Of a stretch of DNA of 64,000 nucleotides, positions 55,101 to 64,000 are shown piece after piece. Origin of the DNA: Vitrella brassicaformis CCMP3155 (lineage: Eukaryota; Protista; Chromerida); contig CDMY01000791.1 in the NCBI GenBank assembly GCA_001179505.1, forward strand, positions 124,001 through 188,000, given 5' to 3'. Every line of letters starts with the position of its first letter. The stretch's first letter is position 1. Made by a program: the position numbers and the translations under genes. The notes under the pieces were generated by a model. It was not told the DNA's origin. It did no database searches and worked only from the letters and a program-made list of their open reading frames with translations.

Positions 55101-57275
55101 ACCGACGCCCGGAAGTCGCGTGAAGGCCATCGATGGACGCCGGCGGCCTGCAGCTGTGCGAGGGGAGGTCTGGTCCGCAGCAGCATGGCGAGCTTCTCTC
55201 GCACTTCCTGCATCCGGAACAGCCGGAGGGACGAAGGGGCGGGTGGCTGTGCCTTGAGTGGGAGGAGCGTCTGGAGCGTGCTCAGGAGGGGAGGGATGGG
55301 GGACGACAGCCGGGGCTGCACGGGGGCTGTCGGACCAGCAGCGGCAGCAGGGGCGTCCGTCGCATCACCGCCACTCGTCGGCTGAGACGCCGTCCCTGCA
55401 GCAGCTGTGGTCGATGCCGATGGAGCCCATGAAGCAAACAGCTGCGTGACGGACCCCATCCACGATGCCGACGACGACGAGGCCAGCACCTCCGCCTTGG
55501 CCCCCTTGTTGTCTCCCTCTGCCGGCTGGTCGCCGTGCTCGGAACAGGGACACACCTCCGGGCACGTGCAATCGTCATGCTCGGGTGTCTGCATGTCCCA
55601 TTCTCCAGCCCTCACGGCCGCCTCATCGCTCTGCTCGTCGGGCGAGTCGACCATCGATGGCATCGGGAAGAGCGGCGTGGTGGGGGGCGCTGCGGGCGGG
55701 GGCAGAGGGGGCACCGCGCTGGCCGGGAATGCCATCTCTGACACTGCCCTCGAACGCCGGTCGGGAGAGTTGTTGCTGTGCGTCCAGCAGCCGCTGCTGC
55801 TGCCCGTGTCCATGGCCATGAAGGAGCCGCCGGCGCCACTGAGGCGCGTGAGGCCCAGCAGTTGGAATATGCCGGTGGAGAAGCCCGTGGCTGTGCTTGT
55901 GGGGGGCTGGTCGGCGTGGTTGGCAGAGAGGCTGCGAGTGAGGCCTGGGAGGGGTGGGGGAGGGCGGAGCTGCTGCTGCTCCTCCTGCAGGGTGATCAGG
56001 TAGTCCTCCAGATATGAACCGTCTGCAGACAAGGGAATGAACCAACCATGGCACCGAATGAAGAAAAGGAAACTCAGGGGTCACTCGCATTTCCGGATTT
56101 GCTCACCACATGCAGCGACGAGAGGGATGACGATGTTCTGCGCTACTATCTCGGCGACCAGCTGCTGCACAAGGGGCGAGCACCGCGCGTCGCCCGACAG
56201 AGTGCCGCTGACGCTCGATGCCGATGACTCCCGAGAAACAACGGGACCGTCACCGCGAAGCAAGTCCCCCACTATCGACCTGACACACCGATATTGACAC
56301 ACGACAGAGCAAGTTGCGACAGAGGGCAGATGAACCAGTCATGTGTTTCATCTGCAGCGTATCGTGGCGTGGATTAGATCCCACCTGCAGACCAGCCGCG
56401 CATATTCCAGCTGCTCCTCCTCCCCATACGCAGCCACATGAAGCCTCCCGGCCCCCTTCACACCCGCGCCGCCCCGCTTGTCTCCCACTGCGGCCCTGTC
56501 CCATTCGGCCACAATCAGCTCATCGATGGTCCGCTGCACGTCGCCGGTGTTGGCTCTCGATGCCGACGCCACCCGCCTGGCCCGCTGCCTGACAGCTCGG
56601 AAGTGGCGGAAGTGCTGGGTGAAGATCGACAGCGTCTGCCGCAGGATGAACGACTGGCGGTTGAGCCTTGGGCCGGCCTGGGTCAGATTGAAGAGGACCG
56701 TATTGAAGACGCCGCCCAGATGGGACAGGAAGGGGTCACTGCTCCAGGGGCCGTCGTCACGATCGTTGCCACTGAACCAACGGCACACGACAGACACAGC
56801 AGTTCCAGATAAACATCTCCACAGGTCTGTTCTCGCGTACGTACCTGTCAGCCCCATCAGAGTCTTCCCGCTGGTCGTCCATCGACACCATCGAGTACCA
56901 TGACTCCACAAAGTCCCGCAGCACGAGGGCTTTGAGCGACCGCAGCACCTGACCCAGCTGACCGTAGTCGTCGAGAAAGGTGTCGTCCCGACTGCGACGG
57001 ATCAGGTCGTCGTTCACCGGGGCGGCAGGCGGGGTGGCCTTGTCGCTGCTTGGCGTCTGCCGTCGGGCCAGCTTGCGCCTCAGGGCTGCCACATCAGCAG
57101 CAGATGGCTGGGCGGCTGTCTGTGCCTTGATGGACGTGAGAGAAACGACGACCAGCAGGGCTGTCGCATAGAGCGAAGGGGGAATGAGGCCCGTCAAGGT
57201 GACGACCGCATAGACCAGGGCGCTCCCGCCTCCCACTACGACTACCACGAGTGCCATTGGCAGCCGATGCCACAT
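52130..57275 (-). CDS. PXA-PX-PXC (Nexin_C) sorting nexin, SNX13/14/25/Mdm1-like
   Basis: Two N-terminal TMs. PXA LVLRDFVESWYSMVS...LVAEIVAQNIVIPLV. PX WVVLRRYSEFKRLY...P...RRGQELEDFMQ|ALL. PXC LWPRG...ILDVYEFVTHPVLLTNLAFHVFDCLVATLFP. Confidence 0.88.
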
Positions 57276-57455
57276 GCTCAACAGGGTTCTTCGAGACAGC
57301 TGCGGTCCCAAGTATTTGGTCGTGTGAGCAGGCGGCGCCCTCAAGCGGCAGGCGCCCTCAAGCGGGAAGACGCGGCCGTCACTCTCTGCAGCTCGCGATT
57401 TCTGACTCCGTGAAACCGCTGAGACTGAGCTCACGCTGCCACGGGAGCCCGCGCA

Positions 57456-57888
57456 ATGGGCTGCTCACAGAGCCGCAGGAAGGATGGACCCCAAACCGCC
57501 ATCTCCCAGGCGGCCACGTCGACAGTTTCGGTTGACGAGTGCTTTCCCTCCCACCTGTGCCTGTCGGTGTCTGAGGACATCCCTGACGCCATCGACATCT
57601 GCGCCCACCTCACGCACAAGCCGCTCTTCACCGTACACGGCTGCAAGCACGGCAAGATGTCGGCCAGCAGGAAGGCGCGGTGGCACGTCAAGAAGGGCAG
57701 GGGCATCCTCACACACGCCAAGGCTCGAGTGGCGCCGGGAGGGAGCGTGGAGTTTGTGGATTTGTGGGAGGAGGAGTGCAAGGGCACCAAATGGGGTCAG
57801 GACCTGCCCATCACCAAGGAGGAGAGGGAGGCCGAAGCTAACGAAGCCGTCCTCGGGTGGACTGCAGACTTCAGGTCAGTCCAGCACC

Positions 57889-57919
<31 letters not shown>

Positions 57920-59727
57920 GATTCATCATCCACTGTGACGCCATCCATCCATTCATTCATTGCGGGTTTCTTCCTTCACACATACAAACAGCTGTTGTAT
58001 CGAGGACGTCGGTCGCTCCATCATGGCTGTCCCGTCGCCGTCAACGCCCCAGAAGGCCCCCGTCACGCCCCACTCGGACATCAGTGGCGTCACGCCGTCC
58101 TCTTCACCCCCTCCCTCCCCCACCCACCCCCCCAGCAGCGTCGCCACCGTGTCCATAGTCGTCAAGGGTATCGCACGGCTGCGCAACGGCAAGGGGCAGA
58201 ACAAGACCGAGGAGGAGGTGGCGGGCTGGGCCATCGAGTGGGTCAAGCCAAAACGGGCCTTCTACAAACTCATCTACCGGGGGAAACCGATGCCTGTGGT
58301 GAGCACATTGACGTCACCCGTCCAGCCAGCCAGCCAGAGAATTCACACGTTTGTTTCCGTCTGTTAACGGCTGTGTGCAGTACTTCCGTGTGGGTGAGGC
58401 TCGTGACATCGTGAAGCGGTGGCGGTGCGATGATGTGGTGGAGGTGGTCATCCGCAAGTCGAGGTTCTTCGGCTGCGAGAAGGAGGTAATCCTCGCAAAA
58501 CCCGACACCTGCGGGCGCTCTGAGGACTGCGAAAGGGACGGCATCTGGAAGACACTCGTGGCTAACGTGCTCGTGGAGTACCAGGGCCAGCACCTGGTGG
58601 GCGAGCTGGTGCGGCCGTCGCTGCGTCGCTGGTGCGTGTCCCACTCCGCAGTTGCCTACTTCCTCTCTCGCAAGGCCAACTGGGACCTGTCGTCCACCAG
58701 CAGAGGCAGCGCATCCACCATTGCCACTCCGCCAGGTGGGCAGGCACTGACAGACAGACGCACCATAGCACAACCAACCGACATCGCTGCGCGTGTGTGT
58801 GTGTTTCAAGGCAATGCTATGCCGCTGATGCCCCATCCCCCCACGCCCACAACGGTCTGTCTGAGCAGCCCCCTCAGCCACCGCACCCTCGCCCTTCGCC
58901 GAGGCATCAGCACCCAGTCCACTGTCGTCTCCTCCGTGCACCACCCGCCACACCGCTCTCTCACCAGAACCAACACCATGTCGTCGGCCACATCGTCCGG
59001 CCCCCCGGCCCCACAAAACAATAATGAGGGCGACGCTGGCGTCCCGCACATCGACACGGCCGCCACGGAGGTGCGGCCGTCGGACAGCAAGGGCTCGGTC
59101 CACTTCAGAGCCCAGAATAGCCTCATTCCGACCAACAGTGAGGACGAGGCGGCCAAGAGTGAGCCTGACGAGCATGACGAGACCCACGGGCTGATGGCCA
59201 GGGCCCCCAAGGCCAGCTCCAGTCTACTTCAACGACGGCAGACGGGCGGCCGGGCGCTTCAACGACGACAGACGGGCGGCCGGGAGTTGGGACGAGCTGT
59301 GGCGCCCCGATCCAACGTCAAGGAGGTGCCGGGTGTGCTCACCCAGCCGGCGTCGCCAGCGTGCCGTGGCAGCAGCCCCAGTAGCGGGGATGGGGCCTCC
59401 CGGCCGGCCACCGCGCTGCTTCCCCGGGCGTATTCGATGTGTCAGTCGCCTCCCCCGCCCCCCCGCAACGTCATCCTGCACGCTCGCGGCCTCAACCTGT
59501 TTGGCCGTATCATGGAGGAAGAGGAACAGGAGCATGAGCAGGAGGAGAGGGGGGACGAGGCGTCCAGCCAGGCGTCGCCCCAGCCCAGCTCGCAGCCGGC
59601 ATCGCCCGAGCCCTGCGGGTCACGCCCTATAGAGCCGATCATCACACGGATTGGTTCGGGCAACATAGCCATTGGCCCTGCCCGGCATCTGGTGCTGCCG
59701 GGAATTGTCAAAAGGGCGAGGGTGTGA
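57456..59727 (+). CDS. Hypothetical protein with MGCxxS dual-acylation N-terminus and disordered C-tail; weak LOR/tubby-like resemblance
   Basis: MGCSQS start, 4 exons with GT-AG introns, globular-looking beta-rich N-half. Fold assignment is only a guess. Confidence 0.65.
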
Positions 59728-61013
59728 AGGAGTCAATGAATGACCAGCGAACTAGGCTGCCTCGTGTCTTGTTTTGTACCCTGTCGTGTTTGTCATTGTG
59801 TGAGTGCATTCACCATGTGTGTGTGGGTGGGGGTGTGATGTGCGTGTGGGGTGCAACACGCACAAGCTGTGGAGAGTGTCGCTGCGTGTCTACGGTGGCC
59901 AATTTCCTTTATGATGATGATGACATGACCGTTTTTTGGCTCTCAGTGCGTTTTTCCCTCGAGCCCGTGTCGATCGATCGATTGGTCCCCTCTCAGACGC
60001 CCAGACGGATGGGTGGTCGACTCGACTAGTAGGGTGGGATGCTGGCTAATATATGGGGGGAGGGATGGAGGGGATTGGGGGAGGGAGGGGGTTGGGGGAG
60101 GGGGGCTTGCAGTGTGTGGTTGTCTCGCTAAGAGGGTCCGTCCGTCCGTCAGTCAGTCAGTCACCGACATGCTTGGGCGGGGCGTCGAGTGCTCAAGCCT
60201 CTGTTGCTATTTGTAGAGGCCCTCTTGTCCATGGATTGATGGATGGATGGATGGATGCGTCTGTCTTTCTTTTTGGATGAAGTCTTGGCTACTGCCCGCA
60301 CGTCGACTCATCGTCTCGCCTTCTCTGCCTCTGTCGTGCTCCCTTCTCTGCCTCTGTGTCGTGCTCTCTTTCTCTTTCTCTCTCTGAAAGGGCGGCGCAA
60401 GTGGCGGGGAGGTTTTCAAGCAGCACGTGGCTATGTGGATAGCGGAAAACTATGCGGGATCCATCCGCCATTTTTCCGCTCCTGTCTCACATGCCTTCTG
60501 GCCTCCCTCCCTGCCATGCATGTGTCACGTGTGTGTCGGTGGGTGTATCTATTGGTCGAGGGATTGTGTGCGCGCGTGTGTGTGTGTGTGTGTGTGTGTG
60601 CAGCGGGGGAGAGAGGAAGAGAGGCAGTCGAGCTTGTATGTGCTGCATGTCTGTCTGTCTCTGTGCACGCGTGTGTGTATTTTTGCTGAAGCGAGCACTG
60701 GCCGTCGAGGTCCGACCGAAAAGGCCGACAGCCCATGTCATGTCATGCGCATGTGTGTGTGAATACAATACAACATACATACATGGTATGAGTTTGCCCG
60801 GTGGTGTGATGGCCCGAGAGAGTGCTCGCGTTTTCTAGTGCGTGTCCGTCCCACTCACTGTGTGTGCACACCGATGACAATTGTCGGACTACTTGTACAA
60901 CCCAATAAATAAATGGATTCATCCAATGTGTGTGGCCATCCAATCGCAAGGGTTTGCAGGGTCCTGGGTTTTCGAGACCCTGGGATAATCTGATCCAACC
61001 ACCTCCACCAAAG

Positions 61014-61432
61014 ATGTTGCGTCTGACTCCGGCTGCCCGGCTGGGTGCTTTGCACCTGAGCGGCGCTCGTCTGGTCCAGGCGTCTGCTCCGCGTTTCGTG
61101 CACACGTCGGGGAAGCGCCTGAGTTCGTACGGCAGCGGTGCGATTGGCGTGCGCATCGGTACGTACATCACCAACTTCTACTTTCCGTTCGCCGCCGTAT
61201 CCGCGTTTCTGCTCCTCATCTTCATCCCGGGATACAAGTGGGTCAGGGCCGAGATAGAGAACTGGCTCGATGTAAGCTGAGCTGCAACGACATCACACTA
61301 CACCACACTACACACACTGCACAAAGGCCAACAAACAGCGTCACAGCTACAGCCTCTCATGTCGGTGCTGATTGGCTGTGTTTCTGTGTGTGTGCGTGTG
61401 TGGTGCAGGAGAGACGCGGAGACAATTTCTGA
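61014..61432 (+). CDS. Small (93 aa) single-TM protein with probable mitochondrial presequence
   Basis: MLRLTPAARLGALHLSGARLVQASAPRFVHTSGKRLSS is Arg/Ser/Leu-rich with no acidic residues. TM FYFPFAAVSAFLLLIFIPGY. Intron 61272-61408, then ERRGDNF*. Confidence 0.7.
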
Positions 61433-62078
61433 CTGATTGTCAGAGGTGTGCCACAGGTGCGCGGTGGGAAACGGATCATGTGAGGGAATTCTTTCGACGG
61501 GCGGGCGGGAGGGAGGAGGGAGGGGGTGCAGTTGCGCGTGGGTGAAGGGAAGCCCATGGCAGGCTATGCGGTTGAGTGTGGTGTGTGGCTGTACGTACAA
61601 TGATTGCCGTTTGTGCGTCTGACCTGACGTGCGCATGTCCGGACAAGAGCAGACAGTGCCTCCCTTCTATCCTCCTTGTGTGTGTACTGACTGGGAGGGA
61701 GGGAGGGAGCTTTCAACATGTGAGCGAGAGCGTTTTCCTCTCTGCTGCAGTTGCGTGTGAGGCAACAACACAACACCATCATGACGCTGGCTGGCTGTGT
61801 CGTGTCGTGTCGTGTCGTGTCGTGTCGTGTCGTGAAGGAACCATTCGTTCGTCAGTAGATCAGATCAAAACACTGACGAGAGTCATGACCACAAGACACA
61901 CACATACATATCAACCGGCACACGCCGGGGTCTTTCACAAGCATACAATGCATGCAGCCATCCACTCATTCACTCGTTCTCAATTACGCAGCACCACCAC
62001 CATACGAACAGATGGCTGCCCTCCGACCGACACACGCACCACCCATACACACCCAGCCCAACCCAAGCGTCCATCACA

Positions 62079-64000
62079 TCACCGCACGTCCCCCTCGTTG
62101 CTGCCCTGCCCCCTGCTCTGAGACTCCGCAGAGGGCGAGCCCCACTCTTGAGTGCCCGTCGTCTGAGCACCAAACCGGACCTCGCGGCTGGGGCTGTCGT
62201 CCTCTCTTTTGGCGTATGGCCGGTGATGCAAGCCGACGTCGATGCGCATCCCATCCCACCCACTGGGTGCCGATGGCGACCATTCCTCGGCTGCCTGTGG
62301 GGGAGGGGGGGCCGAGCGGTGGACAGCTGCTGGAGCTTGCTTGCGCACGCCCGTTGCCATCAGCTGATTCACTGCATTCTCCAGGGCCTCCTGCATTTAG
62401 ACAAACATATTCATGATCATGAGCAAGCGGCTGGGCTGCTCGCGGCGCTTGGGTGGGAGGATGATACCTGGTCCGCGTGAATGGGCGTGTCCTCTGCGTG
62501 CTGCAGGTTGCCCGCGTAGAAGGTGTTGGTGAGCTCCACCAGGTTGCTCCTGTACTTGACGAGGCTGTGGAGGTCTGCCTGCAGCCGCTTGACGTCCTCG
62601 CTGTGCCTGAGTGGTGGAAGGACACACAGACAGCAGAGTGGGGCGGTGCGTGGCTGTGACATGGCTGTGTGGGTGAGTAGGTGGGTGGCCCTGTCCCTGT
62701 TCGACCGATCGACTCTATCCCATCCCTCACTTGTGCTTGGAGTCGCTGAGTGCCATCTGCAGCCTGTCGACAGTGGATGTGCTGGCGGCGAGCAGCTTTG
62801 CGTATCCGTCGATCTCGCTCTTGACCTTGGCCAATGTCGCCTGGGATCGTTCGCTCTGCTCCTGATCGGTAGGTAGATGAGACGGATATTTTAACCAACC
62901 AAGCCACACATACACCATCCATCTCGTCTCGTCTCGTCTCGTCTCGTCTCGGCCCTGCTACCTTAAGTGCGTTGTGTGCCTTCCTGGCCTCGGTCTTGTA
63001 GTACTCAAGCTCGTCTTTAACGCTTTTGAGCTCGCCCTGTGTCCACACACATGCAGCCATCCCGTCACAACTTACAAAAGTCACCTGTCCAATCCAATCC
63101 CGACAAGTGCCCAGGTGTCACTGACCTTGGCCTGGATGACTTGTGCCTCTAGCTTCTGTTTGTCCCGGTCGTCTCCGTTGAGCATTGGCGTCCTGGCCCC
63201 CTTGGACAGCTGGGCGATGGCCGATTCGAGCTGGGCGTTCTTGACCGACAGCTGACGGATCGTCTGGGTCCGCACGTTGATCTCGCGATTCAGACGCTCC
63301 ACGTCACTGCCCCAGTCGAAGTCTACGCATAAGCCCACGCGGACAGCCAAGCAGACATGCAGTGCAGGGAGGGGAGGGGTGTGTTGGTGCGTGCGAGGCT
63401 GAGGACAGCGTCGTGAGCCCGGTGGCCTACTTGTGGACACTTTGCCCATGTCTCGCAGGCTTTTGTTGGTCGCCGCTTCACTCGCCTGCAGGCACGTGCG
63501 CACGGACCACAGGGGGGCGGGTGGGGTGAAAGGACTGAGGGTGTGTGTAGTGTGCCCCTGTGTACCTGTAGTGTCGCCACCACACGCTCCAGCCGCTCCT
63601 TTTCGGCCACGGCCGCCTCGTGCTGCAGCCATCCATCCATCCATCCATCCATGCCGCCACATCGGGCACACCAGATGCAATTCACCACAGTGCCCTCCCT
63701 TCCTTTGCTCATTTCCTGTCAGTCCAGTCGCCCCCCCGTACCATTTTGATGGCTCTGTTTTTCTCGGTGACGGCTTCCTCCAATTTGTGCTTCATCTCAT
63801 CATGTGCCTGGTTCATCTCGCCGGCCACCTCGCCCTCCATCTCCCCGCCGGGCGACGACCCACCCTCCACCCTCACCATCTGCAGCTCCTCTGTCAGATT
63901 CAGCATCTGGTCCGTCAGCTCCTCTATCGTACGGTCCTTCTCGGCCACCTCACCACGGAGCCGCTGCACCTCGCTGGCCGTGTCGGTGTCAGCGGGGCCG
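62079..64000 (-). CDS. Coiled-coil protein (cytoskeletal/centrosomal-like), 5' end outside window
   Basis: Successive short exons with heptad character (QRLRGEVAEKDRTIEELTDQMLNLTEEL; ERLNREINVRTQTIRQLSVKNAQLE; ELKSVKDELEYYK) ending at the 62079 stop. Confidence 0.75.

Noticed and set aside
59229-59283. 27-bp duplication (LQRRQTGGR x2) and 18-bp duplication at about 24850-24890 as regulatory elements
   Set aside because: In-frame slippage duplications in disordered coding segments, with no further significance evident.

Overview
Eukaryotic, GC-rich, intron-dense genomic DNA. The evidence points to a photosynthetic alveolate: a plastid-targeted Ycf37-like gene, ApiAP2-like domains, a PST-A-like lysophospholipase, PAN/apple adhesin domains and (GACA)n/(CA)n/(TG)n-rich introns. 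The best fit is a chromerid such as Vitrella brassicaformis (inference). I reconstructed 16 spliced genes by hand, checking GT/GC-AG phase at many junctions. In order: START protein (+, 5'-truncated), type-B carboxylesterase (-), alpha/beta-hydrolase lysophospholipase (+), SET + AP2-like protein (-), Patched/NPC1-like protein (+), RBR E3 ligase with C2H2 tail (-), ABCC/MRP transporter (+), Ycf37-like TPR (-), ChrR-type cupin (+), secreted arylsulfotransferase with Ig-like and 3 trefoil domains (-), secreted sulfatase with 2 LamG domains (+), SUEL/F-type lectin/PAN adhesin (-), PXA-PX-PXC sorting nexin (-), N-acylated unknown (+), small mitochondrial membrane protein (+), coiled-coil protein (-, 5'-truncated). 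There is one 300-N gap. I found no rRNA, tRNA, CRISPR array or mobile element. The most striking observation is the arylsulfotransferase/sulfatase pair, head-to-head with only 53 nt between start codons and next to a multi-lectin gene, which suggests an extracellular sulfated-glycan remodelling module. Also notable: a SET-AP2 fusion, self-complementary CA...TG introns, strict strand alternation of the first 12 genes, and a frameshift inside the adhesin.
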